From NCBI RefSeq assembly GCF_036321535.1, contig NC_087436.1, positions 89,096,001-89,160,000 of the forward strand: 64,000 nucleotides of DNA, in the 5' to 3' direction. Source of the stretch: Camelus dromedarius (lineage: Eukaryota). Positions 1-11,215 of this stretch are shown here, piece after piece. Position numbers and translations under genes: made by a program. Under the pieces are notes generated by a model that did no database searches, had not been told where the DNA came from, and saw only the letters and a program-made list of their open reading frames with translations. The first letter of the stretch is position 1; every line of letters starts with the position of its first letter.

Positions 1-350
1 AGTCATCAGCTACCCAAGAATGTGATGGCTTTCTTTCTACCTCTTTAAGGAGAGAAAAGGGAAAACCACCTAAAGATTGGGAATACCTACAAGCAAGGGA
101 CACCCTGCACCTCATTTCCCTGTAGCGATTGTTTGCTTAGGTGCAGACTTGCTGATATGGCCCTGTGCCTGCAGGGGAAAGGATGTGAGATTGCTACCCT
201 GGAAGAAAGAAAGAGAGCCAGCAGGGGAGGAACCTGCCCTCCACTATTTGGCAACATTAGGTTTCCAGTGGCTCAAGTGGACTATCTACCAGGGTGGCTG
301 CAGGGCAAGTGGACCCAGCAGAAATAGGTTTGGTGATTCCTAGGGTAAAG

Positions 351-378
351 GTGTGTGTGTGTGTGTGTGTGTGTGTGT
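351..378. repeat. (GT)n microsatellite
   Basis: Direct reading. Confidence 0.95.
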
Positions 379-826
379 AGGGAAAGTGGTAGTTGGTAGT
401 ACTAGCCGTTTATCTTCATATCAGGGAACTGTGTAATGAGGAAGAACTCACTCCAGGACCCAAAGAGAGAGGCAGCCCTTAGATGCCTGGCATACAGAGG
501 GCATGCTGGTCAGGTTGGGCTAGCTGGGAAGCACTGACATCCGGCACAGGACTGCAGTCACTCAGCCATGAGCAATGCCTATTCTCTTCCTTTGTGTACA
601 TCCCTCCTCCCAGTATCTAGTCCCAGAGAGAAAGGCAGGGTGATGGTGCAGACCTCACTGCTTTCCTTCCTACTACAATTCCTTGAGCTACAGGGGGTGG
701 AATAGGGATGGGTGGGAAGAGGCTGGAATTTTAAACAGGACTGGGTTTTTTGGGTAAATAGTGAAAGTCAGCTGAAAGTTATGGAACTGGTTGGAAATGC
801 AAGGATAGGAAAAAAACTTTATCAAC

Positions 827-1322
827 TACAATGGAGTATTACTCAGCCATAAAAAAGAATAAAACAATGCCATTTGCAGCAACATAGATGGACCTGGAGA
901 TCATCATTCTAAGTGAAGTAAGTCAGACAGAGAAAGAGAAATACCATATGATATCACTTATATGTGGAATCTGAAAAAAAAAGGGTACAAATAAACTTAT
1001 TTAGAGAACAGTGACAGACTCAGGTGTAGAAAATAAACTTATGGTTACCAGGAGGGAAGGGGGTGGGGGGATAAATTAGGAAGTTGGGATTAGCAGATAC
1101 AAACTACTATATACAAAATAGACAAACAAGGAGGTCCTACTGTATAGCAGAGGGAACTGTATTCAATACCTTGTAATAGCCTATAACAAAAAAGAATATG
1201 AAAAGGAATATATTCCTTTATACATATATATAAATAAATCACTATGCTGTACACCAGAAGTTAGCACAACATAGTAAATCAACTATACTTCAATAAAATA
1301 ATAATAATTATTAAAAGAAAAA
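827..1322 (+). mobile_element. L1 3' fragment (ORF2 end + 3'UTR + A-rich tail)
   Basis: acaatggagtattactcagccataaaaaagaat...gcagcaacatagatggacctggagatcatcattctaagtgaagtaagtcag; G-rich tract at ~1051-1070; AATAAA at 1292-1297. Homologous to the other L1 3' ends in the window. Confidence 0.93.
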
Positions 1323-3147
1323 CACGTAGGGGGCCAGGGCTGGGGTAAAAATAGAACTTCTCAATTGTATCCAAGGAGTTCTGACTGTTCAGCTAACCAG
1401 TCACCTAAGCAGGCTGTTAAAATGACAGCCTGGATTACTTCACACAAAGTGAATTTATCTGAGCCTGTGGGTTGTGGAAGATAGTTCTGTCTGCTCATTA
1501 GGGGAACGTCTGAGGACTCATTCCCGTCCACTGATTATGATCCACTTATAAGCAGCTTGGTGATGTCCCTGGGATGTCAAGCCCCAGAATTTAGAGGCAA
1601 CTACTTGCTTATACTGCAAGAGGAACCCTGAAATGACAAGCCACAGACCACTGCCCTCTGTCTTGAATGTTCCAGATGTTTATCCACCTTGGAGCACGGA
1701 ACACACCTGCCCATCATCAGGTGCACACAGCAACCTCCCAGAAACCCAGAAGTCACAAATAGTATGCAGTTTCTTCATCAGTAGCCTCAATTTTAGCCAA
1801 CTGAACTTTTGCTTGATCATTATTCCAAGAGGCACCTGAAGCTTTCTATGATGCATCCTGAAACTAAAGGTGAGTTACTGGAATGCAGAAAGATTTGCTT
1901 ACCAAATTTTAAACAACCATTTTTACAAAGCTTGAGGACAAAAATAAAATTATATGTGTGTGTGTCTTTTTTTTTATATACAGGAAATCAGGTTTGGGTG
2001 TTACTTAGGAAATTGAAAAGAAGCATCTCTGTTATGTCTAGATTTAAATTTGATTTTTCACTGTCCGTTTCTTTTAGTGTGGGCTAGAAAATACAGTGAA
2101 AAAGGGAAACAAAGACTGCAAAGATAGATTCTCAAAATAACCACCCTTTTCTGCCTATTTATGGTCAGTCATTATTCTTAAAGTTATGAAAAATAAGCAT
2201 TTTTCCTGCTACCATTTTATGGAATGCTGATGTCTTCACTTGTGAGTGTGATTATATTTTCATGACACTAATCATCACACGTGCTTAAGAGGGTGCAAGG
2301 TTGAGCCAGAAGAAGTTCTGGGTAGGAAAATTCTATTAGAACTAGAAAGGAATTTAGAAATTAACTCCCTTACTTTGCCAAGTAGAAGTGAAGGCCCAGA
2401 GAGATTAAGACTTGGCCACACTCACACAGTTAAGTTGAGGAATTGCAAATTTGAAATTAGAAAAAAGAAATAGATGAGGATATGGATAGATTTGCCTGTG
2501 GTCTTAATAACTGTTGTTGTAAATTGCTGCTGGTTTAATTCTAGGGAATGTAAACTTAACTGAGGAAATTAACATCTTTTGTAGGAATGAGGGTATATGT
2601 GTGTATGCAGGCATGCGTGCGTGCGTGTGTGTGTGTGTGCATGTGTGTATGTAAATAGAAAAGAAAGAGAAGTGAAGAGGTGATTATTGCAACTGGGGAC
2701 TAGACACAGCAAGACTAATTTGATGTCTTAAATGAGTCTAACTCTTCTTTTTACTAAAAGGGGAAAAGACTACGATTTAATCACAATTGCATAGCTGGTT
2801 AGTAGCAGAGCAAGACTCAGAACCTGGTCCACAGACCTGTGCTCTACCCACTAACTTAATTGCCTATTCTTCATCCTTTGTTTGTGTTGAGGACAAACTT
2901 TAACAATCCATAAAAGATAATAAAATTTTATTTCACTAAAAAGTCCATCTAAAACAATGCTAGTTGTCATAGACTACTGAGATTATTAGCTTTTATAAAA
3001 ACCTAAAGGTCTGAAGCTATGTATAGTGAGAAAAGCAGGCCGTAGTGTGGATAGAAAGCACGTTGCCAACTACAAGAATCTGCTGTGCTGGGAGCGTGGC
3101 CCTGGCTCCCAGTGAGATTTCAGGGAAGAATCAGAATTGTCCTAGAG

Positions 3148-3334
3148 CAAGGCTTCTCAGCCTTGGCACTATTACATTTTGTGCCTAATCCATCTTTGTC
3201 ATGAGGGGGCTCTCCTGAATATGTAGGATGTTTACAACTTCCCTGGCCAATAGTACCTCCCCTCTCCAGTTATGACAAACAGACATTGCCAAATGTCCCC
3301 TAGGCGGCAAAGGTGTCCACACTGAAGAACAATG
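3148..3334 (+). mobile_element. MER20-like hAT-Charlie non-autonomous DNA transposon
   Basis: ttctcagccttggcactatt...cagacattgccaaatgtcccct core; degenerate 8-bp TSD tcctagag (3140-3147) / gcttagag (3335-3342). Confidence 0.8.
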
Positions 3335-3559
3335 GCTTAGAGTATGAAGCCTGAGCCTGTGGCTCCTGGAGAGCGGATCACACCAATGAGGTCAGGGCCA
3401 GGAGACTGGAGAAAGGGAGCATGGCAGGCCTGGACACCCTCAGTTACAGGATATTTATATATTAACTCATATTTAGGCTGCATATACCCACAAGCTGCAG
3501 TTGGGAGGCTAGCCATCGGGCATATTTTTGATATATGCAAACAAGGGCTTCAGGTTTTT

Positions 3560-3919
3560 GGGTGGCAGTAGTCCAATGACACCGGGCTTGGAACATCCAC
3601 CCCCAGAGCACAGCCTACCTCCTTGATGCCCATCCCTAACCATGGCTGACAACCTAGTGTTGACTGGGATGGCTTGAGGGACATTGGCCTCCCTCCACTT
3701 CCTGTGACCTAGAATGTGGATGTGCTTGGCCAGCTTTGATCACGTGGATAAGGGCAACTGCTTATGGGATGGCACAGCCAAAAACAAAGAGAAAGGAACC
3801 TGGGTCTCTGGACATCCTTCTGGAATAGAACCACTTACCTACCCTGGACCATCCACCTATCTCTGGACTGCCACACAAGAGAGAAACAAGTGCCTTGTTT
3901 GAGCCAGTAAATTGTGGGG
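3560..3919 (+). mobile_element. Old MaLR (MLT1-type) LTR, apparently interrupted near its 3' end by the NUMT
   Basis: gaaaggaacctgggtctctgga...ctctggact...gagagaaacaa...tgtttgagcca...ggggtc matches the MLT1 3' half; 5' boundary approximate. Confidence 0.65.
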
Positions 3920-4133
3920 TCCAACATTACAATTATCCTAATAGGAGCTAACATAATAATTACAGCCCTTTACTCACTATATATGCTCATCATGACACAG
4001 CGAGGCAAATATACTCACCATATTAACAGCATTAAGCCTACTTTTACACGAGAAAACTCCCTTATAGCTCTGCACATGCTACCCCTACTAATACTGTCAC
4101 TCAACCCTAAAATCATCATAGGGCTTACGTACT
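3920..4133 (+). pseudogene. ND4: NUMT: 3' end of mitochondrial NADH dehydrogenase subunit 4
   Basis: Vertebrate mitochondrial code gives [71 protein letters not shown]. This has the ND4 C-terminal TQRG and FTREN motifs and ends in the incomplete stop T (4133) abutting tRNA-His. No frameshift or stop. Confidence 0.96.
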
Positions 4134-4202
4134 GTAAATGTAGTTTAAGAAAAACACTAGATTGTGAGTCTAGCAATAAGAGACCAAAACTCTTTATTTA
4201 CC
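4134..4202 (+). tRNA. Mitochondrial-type tRNA-His(GUG), nuclear copy within the NUMT (presumed non-functional)
   Basis: 69 nt. Acceptor stem GTAAATG/TATTTAC plus discriminator C. Anticodon stem CTAGA/TCTAG with loop TTGTGAG (GTG at 4164-4166). T arm AAGAG/CTCTT. Position after ND4 matches vertebrate mtDNA gene order. Confidence 0.93.
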
Positions 4203-4212
4203 GAAAAAGCAT
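4203..4212 (+). pseudogene. First ~10 nt of mitochondrial tRNA-Ser(AGY), truncated at the NUMT end
   Basis: GAAAAAGCAT follows tRNA-His as in the ND4-His-Ser(AGY)-Leu order; mitochondrial similarity stops after it. Confidence 0.75.
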
Positions 4213-5735
4213 TTGACTCTGTTCAGGTAGAAGGTCAATCGTTAACACTTTCCTTTTTGGAAATAGTTTAGGGTCTCTATGAGCAGAATAGAGAAGTACG
4301 GTCAAGTTACCCTCTTCTGACAGCTGGGAGGTCTGTCCCCTTTGGGGTTGCCTTTTGTAGATAGAGGAAGCTTTGACTTTTCCTAGAAATTATTTATTGG
4401 CTTTCCATTTTCTATCCATTCCTGGAGTGGTGTGCTGATGTGGGCTACAGAGAGATATTAGACCTGGTAGCTCCCTAAAGGCACTTAGACTCGAATCAAG
4501 GACACCTGACCGGTACTGAGAGACACATGCTGTAACGTAGTATAGGACACATTCACTGGTCACCTGTACTGTCTCCAGAGAATAGTGCTTGACATGAGTT
4601 CTGAGTGGCAGGTAATGATAATGGTAATGCCCACTGATTATTTAGCACATGACATGTGCCAGCAGTACTTGGACAGGCAGAGAGGAAACTCAAAGACATT
4701 TCAGGAAGAGACTAAAGAGGTTTAGAAGGAAGGAAGTCAGAGTGCACACGGCGGGTACGTCCAGGTTATGCTGGAAGAAGACTATGCGCTCCTGGGATCA
4801 GGACACATCAAACTACCTTGGTACCGCAACTGATAATCACCTCACAATTCAGTCACTTAATGGTCACAGAATCTCAGAAAACATTTGAATGATTTAAGAA
4901 GAAATAGAAGTGAAACTTGACAGCACACAGAATCAGTCTGGTAAATTGTGAAGCATAAGTCACAGTATTATTGTTCCATGGCAATGTAAACCTTGCACCT
5001 TTCCATCATGGTAGAAACTCAAGTCAAAGAAAACTCACAAACGCCCTCTTGTGGAGGAGTCCACCCCTGCTACGTAGTGTTACACTTCTGTTATTGGCAA
5101 AAACAAGGAGAAATGTTTTCGGAAAGTGGGGGTAATATTCAGATTCTTTCCTGTCCTCACTTTACACTGTTCTCTTAATGCTAAGGTACTCTGTGGTGAT
5201 GGATGAAACTGAAGATTTGTTTGGAGCCAGACTATGGATCTTAAATGCTTGAATTTATCCCATGGATAATGAGAAACAATTGAGGCTTTTAAAATCAGTG
5301 GGTAGCATAATGAAAATGTCCTCATAGAGAAATTAATCCAGTTGCAGTGCTTAGAATAGATGGGTGGAGGACAAAATTGGAGGAAGAGATGCTAGTTAAT
5401 TTATTTTTTGCAATTCATTTTGATGTAATTTAAGGGCCATTAGGAAACATTTTCCTTACCTGGGTGAGCGATAATTCATTTTCTGGCAGAGATTAGTTCT
5501 AGGGATTCATCTGCACGCATACTGAAGAGATCTGGGTCTTGGGAAAAGGGCTCAATATACAGACAAGTTTAGGTGGAGAAGGAAGTCAGACTCATGCTAG
5601 ATGATGCAATGGCTTTAAGAGCCCTGGAGGCAGGTCAGAATGGGGAGAGCTACGGGCAGCCTGTGGGTAGTATGAGCACTGAGGTCAGGGTGGGAAACGC
5701 CAAAGTTAAATTCGCCCATGACATATTTCACCTAC

Positions 5736-6235
5736 TGTGTCAGTCAGGGTCCCAGCAGGAAACAGACGGCACACTCAGTGCTGGGGAGTTAATAAAAGAG
5801 CTATTTAAAACCCTGAGCACAGGGCTAAGGGAAAGCAACAAGGGATTAAGTATACCAGGACGAGCAACTGCCAGGGAGCCAGTTACCAACCGCACTTAAC
5901 ACTGAAGGGTCACGAGGAGGAAGCAGATTGTCTGTGCCCAGAATCCAGAGGGAGGAGGCCGTCAAGCAGGAGCTGTGGCCTTGGTAGAGGGATGGACTCA
6001 GTTCATGGCTGTGAGAGAACCACAAATAATTAGCTTGATCTCACTCTCCTCTCATTCTCCAATATCCTGCCCATGCCTCCCACTGGTAAAATCAACCAAG
6101 GCTGAGAGTAAGCAAAACCCTGGACACAGGCCATAGAAGCCAGCCTCCCAGAACACAGAGCAGAGTGGAGAAGGAGGGAGAGAGATGGCAGGATGGGTGT
6201 GGGTGCTGGGGATGAAGCAAAGGGCAGACACTGAA
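5736..6235 (-). mobile_element. Ancient ERVL-class LTR fragment
   Basis: Begins tgtgtcagtcagggtcccagcaggaaacagacggcacactc, typical of a reverse-oriented ERVL LTR end; subfamily uncertain. Confidence 0.5.
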
Positions 6236-6769
6236 CGTAAATCTTTGTGCTGTTACTAATCACCATCAACCAGTATGGGAAGAAAGGATCCCGGTCCAAA
6301 ATACCTCTCCAGTGGGCCTTCTTTTAAGATGAAGGTTATCCTGGAAATGGTAGAATTAAAGTAATTCAAACTAAGTGGTAACTAACTCATGGATGAATAA
6401 TAGATTAAAGGGTTGGAGGATATTGAAAGGATAACCAAATAAAAAACAAAATAGGTCTGTATCTTTTGCAGTTTTACATAGGATTAGCCATACTCAAGCG
6501 CTCTGTACTTCTTACTCTAAGCAAGTGTGAAGGCTGGGTTGAGGATTTGAGAAAACAGTCCTTTTTTTTTTTTTTTTTTTTAAATCAGATAAGGACTGGG
6601 GACGTGGAAGGAGGGTAGATTTCCAGAGTGTGGTTTATAGGAGTTCATATCTTTCCTGGCCTATTGCTTTTGTTTCCTAATTACATCAAGAACATATGCT
6701 GAAGTATAAATCAGCATCTCAATATTATTTTAGAGTTTCTTGTTGCCATGGTGCATGCTGATTACTTAA

Positions 6770-7375
6770 TTTCCCCCTATTTCTATTTTTGTTTGTTTTG
6801 CTTAATTCTTTGAGATTCTTGTTTTTCCCTTGTCTTCCCTTTCTATCTCAAATTCTTTTTTTTTCTCTTCTATTTTTAAGAAGAAAACAACTTTTAAACA
6901 CTCTTTAAAAGAATTTTATGTTCAACTTCGAAGTACTGCTCTTAACTTGGATTTACTTGTTTTAGCTTTTATCTTTCAACCCTCTGACTTTCATGTTTCC
7001 AGCTTTTTATCTCACTGGTTCTAGTCCTTTTATGTTTTTTCATTTATGCCAGTTTTATTTTTAATCTTTTATCCTTATTTTCACATTTTGATTTATTTTT
7101 TAAATCTCACTGGTTTTAGTTTTTTTTTTTCTTTTATTCTACTCTTTAGGTTTTGTCTTTATTGAACTTCATATTTTTTAGGCTAAATTTTTTCTTTATT
7201 TTATTATCTTTTAATTTTATGCTTTGATTTGCCCCTTACATTTCTTTTCTGCCTTTTGTCATTTTACTGTGATGTTCTTGGTTCTCTCCTCCTCCTCTTT
7301 CTTCTCTTCTTCTCTTTCTGCCTTTTCTTCTTTTTCTTCTTCCTCTTCCTTTATTTTGTAATTTTCTTTTGTCAT
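6770..7375. repeat. T/pyrimidine-rich low-complexity tract with degenerate internal repeat
   Basis: Extreme T skew on the plus strand; atctcactggtt recurs at ~7009 and ~7104. Confidence 0.7.
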
Positions 7376-7604
7376 TACAAGAAGGCAAGAAGCTTGGCAA
7401 CAAGAAGAAAACCCACATAATAAATTGAACAGTTTGGAGGATTTCTTCCTCCCAGCTGCCCTTCAGCTGCTTTTCTACTATCCCTTAATGACCCCTCAGT
7501 TCATTAAATGATAATCTTCCCCAAATCCTCACTCCAGAATTCTTAAAAAAAAAAATCCATGCAATATTAGCCTCTTCTAGTCCCTTCTCTGGTGGTTATT
7601 GTCC

Positions 7605-7948
7605 TGCCTTAGTCATCCAGGGCTGCTATAACAGAATATTGTAGATTGAGTGCCTTATAAACAGCGGAAATTTATTTCTCACAGTTCTGGAGGTGTTAGC
7701 AGATTTGGTGTCTTGTGAAGGCCTGCTTCCTGCTTCATAGACGGCTGTCTTCTTGTTGTGTCTTCATGTGGTGGAAGGGGCAAAGGCGCTCTCTGGGGTC
7801 TCTTTTATAAGGACATGAATCTCATTCATTAAGGATTGATCCTCATGACCCAGTCATCTCTTAAAGGCCCCATCTCCAAATACCATCACATTGGGGATTA
7901 GATTTAAATGTAAGAATTTGGGGGGACATGAATATCCAGTCCATTGCA
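7605..7948 (-). mobile_element. MLT1A-like MaLR solo LTR
   Basis: cttagtc...gggctgctataacaga...aaatttatttctcacagttctggagg...aataccatcacattggggattag...cagtccattgca. Confidence 0.85.
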
Positions 7949-8729
7949 GGTCATAAGGGGGAAGATTCTATTATGTTCCTTTCCTCATGCATGCAATTTG
8001 GACTGTGTGATTTTAGACTATTTTTATCTCCAGTGATTAGATCGGAGTATCACTGGTGATAAAGTGATTAGCTTCTTTCCTCTCTTGAACTCAGAGCTGT
8101 TACTGAGGTCCTTAGCTCCCAGAATTTTCTTCTGCCTTGATTCAGTGTTTGGGAAGGTAGCCATGTTTGATCCTAATGTCTCCCTGCCCCTGTCAAGGTG
8201 AACACTGTTTCTCTTTTATGATCTTCTGTTTACTCATCCTTTCCAGCCTACAATGCTATTAATCACCTATGGTGCCCTAAGTGCCGTGATTGCCAGGAGG
8301 TCTGAGGGAGCCGAACTAAGAATCATTGGGAAAGGACTAGCGTTACTTCTCTGTGGGCTGTTTTTCTCAAGATGGGCTTATTAACCTAAATAGAAAATTA
8401 CCCTCCAGTTCATCCTTACCAAACTTTAAAATGTATTCATTCTATTTCTGTTCTATATTGGTAACTTGGGGACCAGAATCATAGATTATACTATCATAAG
8501 CCCTTTTCTGCTTACTTATGTCCTAAAAATGATCCAGGAAAGTCCTATCTTCTTTCCAACCCTTGGATAGCTCTTTCAGTGTCCTGTGTACACAGTGAAA
8601 TTAGGAAACAGAGACGAGTAAGATGAACTGATTTTCAGACTTGGATTTCTTTCCCTTTCCCATTACCAACACACACACACAGGTTGGCTAATCTCTAATT
8701 ATATGCCATGGTATATGGTATATGACATG

Positions 8730-8940
8730 GTGATATAGAAGTTAGACTCTGGAGGAAGACTGGATTTGAATCCCAACTTTCACACGCATTAGCTTGTACT
8801 TCAATGAACAAGTCACTTAAATTCTTTTCACCTCCATTTCTTTATCTCTAAAATAGGAATAGTAAATTGGTTAAGATGTAAAGTGCTCACCACTTTACCT
8901 GGCACATTATAATTTTTCAATAAATGCAAACTGTTAATAT
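8730..8940 (+). mobile_element. MIR SINE
   Basis: ctggatttgaatccca...caagtcacttaa...tttctttatctctaaaataggaatagtaa...cctggcaca...tcaataaatg core. Confidence 0.7.
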
Positions 8941-9649
8941 TATTTAAAACTCAACTCAGGAGTCTCCATTTCCATGGAATGATCCCCCTTGGGTGTACAC
9001 ACACACCCACACACACACACCCTAATGCTTAGACACGTATCTTCTTTCAATCTGGTGGCTCACATACCCCTTCAACATAGCATTTGTGCATATCTCTTTA
9101 TAGCATTTTACAATCTACAAAAATGACATCTGTTTACATGTATTCTTCTTCTGTTGTTAAATAAACATCTTGAGATCAAGGATTCTGTCTTTTTTCACCT
9201 TTATATTCTCAACATCAAACACAAGAGCTGGTATACAGTGTGTGTTTTAAAATTATTTAATAAAAATTGACAAAGAATGGTTGATGCCTAAAGACTTTTA
9301 AATAACTATTTCTTAGGTGTCTTCAGGGAAAGGTTCTTCTTTTTACTTCCTAAGCAACAGATGGAAAACAATCTAAACTTTTATATGCACCCTGTTCTGT
9401 TTTCTGAATATCTAGCTCGATAGGGCTTCTCCATAGTTAAAATTGAGGCCAGGTTAATGGATCTCTGTATGAAAGAAAAAGAATCTCCTAGGACCCTGTA
9501 CACATTTATGATCAATTTAAAGTACTCATTCCTTTGAAAAGGTTCAAATATTACAAATCTGTGTTGGATCAATAGTTCAGTAGTGCCGGCAGATTCTGAG
9601 ATACTATCATTAGAGATTTGAATTTGATGCCTGAGGTCGTTCCCTTTAT

Positions 9650-10960
9650 CCCATTCTCTCTCTCTTGCTGCCATTCTAATCCCCTCCTTGCTTCACAGCA
9701 AAATTTCTAGAGTTGTCCCCAGTTCCTGCACTGACTTACTAACATTCACCTTACTCTGGCCTGACTTCTGATTCCATCATTCCCAAATGCTAATATAGCC
9801 ATGACTCTTACTCTCATTTTGCTATATTCAGCTTTTCAGTCCTCACTTTACTTGATCTCTCAGCAGCATTTGACCCTGTTATCTTTGCCTTCTTTCTTGA
9901 AACTCTAGTCTACTTGCTTCCCTGACATCATTTTTTGCTGGTCCTGCTCCTACTTAGGAAGCTCTGTCTTATAATTCTTTGTTGACTTATCTTGACCCAA
10001 GGCTGGGTCCTAGGCCGCCCTCTCTTCTCACTTATTTAAATTTTGTCCCTGGATGAATTATGCAGGGGCGGTGGTTTTTACAATTCCCTTTGCCTTGATA
10101 ACCTCCAAATGTATATGTACAACCTAGACCTCTCACTGTGAACTTGACAACTTCAGTAGATACCTGAAACCACCTCAAGTCCAGCATCTTCAACAGGACC
10201 TCCTGGTCTCCTCACCCAAACCTCTCATCTTGAGAGTTGCCCTAGTCGGAAATTTGAGGGCCATCTTTGACATTTTATTCCTTATCTCCAATATCTAACT
10301 TGTCATCATTAAAAAAACTTAACACTGGAGCATCTCTTGAATCACTCAGTTTTCTCCCACTCCACTGATATCTCTGCGTTGTCATTTTCGGCCAATGCTA
10401 TTGCAATATTTTTTCACCTTGTCAAGATGCTTCCCCTCGAGGACTCTCAAAACTGTGTTTCAGAGGGTCAGCCAGGTGACTGATCTCAAAGTGCACATCT
10501 GTTCACATCACCCCTTTGCCTAAGTTCTCTCAGTGGTTTCCCACTTCTCTCGGGGCACAGACTGGGACCACTAACGTGGCCCACAAAGCCCTGAGGGGGA
10601 CGCTGCCTTTCTTCTCTGACTGCTTCTCCCTCTGGCTCCCCACTCTGACCCCAGCCATTCTGGCTTCAGCTTTAGCTCCTCAGATACCCATGTTTCTTCT
10701 TGCCACAGGGCCTTTCAGTATGCTTTGGTTTCTGCCTGAATCTCTGGAATGTTTTTTAACCTTGTCCCTTTGGCTAAGTTCCTATCAACCCACAGATATT
10801 TTCATTAAGTCTCCAGGAGAAATTTCTTCCGATACTAAGGCTTCCCTCCAAACAAAATCACTGGTGCTCTTTGACCTCCTCGTTTTATTTTCTTTTGGTT
10901 TAATCTTACCCAATAAACCATATAATATACCATGTTTACTTCTTGCCACTAGTTTCTCCA
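9650..10960 (+). mobile_element. L2 LINE remnant
   Basis: From 9836, TCA GTC CTC ACT TTA CTT GAT CTC TCA GCA GCA TTT GAC = SVLTLLDLSAAFD, the L2/CR1 RT motif. The downstream pyrimidine-rich L2 body follows (gccacagggccttt...ctgcctgaa). Confidence 0.8.
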
Positions 10961-10964
10961 ATAT

Positions 10965-11215
10965 CTGCACATAGTGGTTACAGGCTTGGGTTCTGGAACC
11001 CAATTAACTAGGTTTGAATTCTGGCTCCTGTATTCACTAGCTGTTTGATTTTTGTCAAATTACTTAAAATTTCTATGATTTCATTTATAAACTAGAAATA
11101 GTAATACTTATTTTCAGAGGGTTATTGTGAGAAGTGAATGAATTAACATGTACAAAGCATTTAAAATAGTGTCAGGTGCAACACAGCACTCAGTAAAAAT
11201 TGGTGATTTTATTAT
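10965..11215 (+). mobile_element. MIR SINE
   Basis: tagtggtta...ggtttgaattctggctc...ttacttaa...gggttattgtgagaagtgaatgaattaa...cactcagtaaaa. Confidence 0.75.

Larger units (their letters stand above)
1..1405 (+). mobile_element. Possible ancient LTR (MamGypLTR-like) interrupted by an L1
   Basis: Motifs ggactgggttttt...aaagttatggaact (738-788) and ctgactgttcagctaaccagtcac (1381-1404) resemble recalled ancient Gypsy-type LTR consensus. Heavily decayed; the left boundary is unknown. Confidence 0.3.

Noticed and set aside
3914..4216. 100-aa ORF as a nuclear-encoded protein
   Set aside because: It is the NUMT read in the standard code from a GTG, running through tRNA-His; no promoter or splice evidence.
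10516..10974. 152-aa ORF
   Set aside because: Lies in a decayed L2 body, has a non-ATG start and no recognisable domain.
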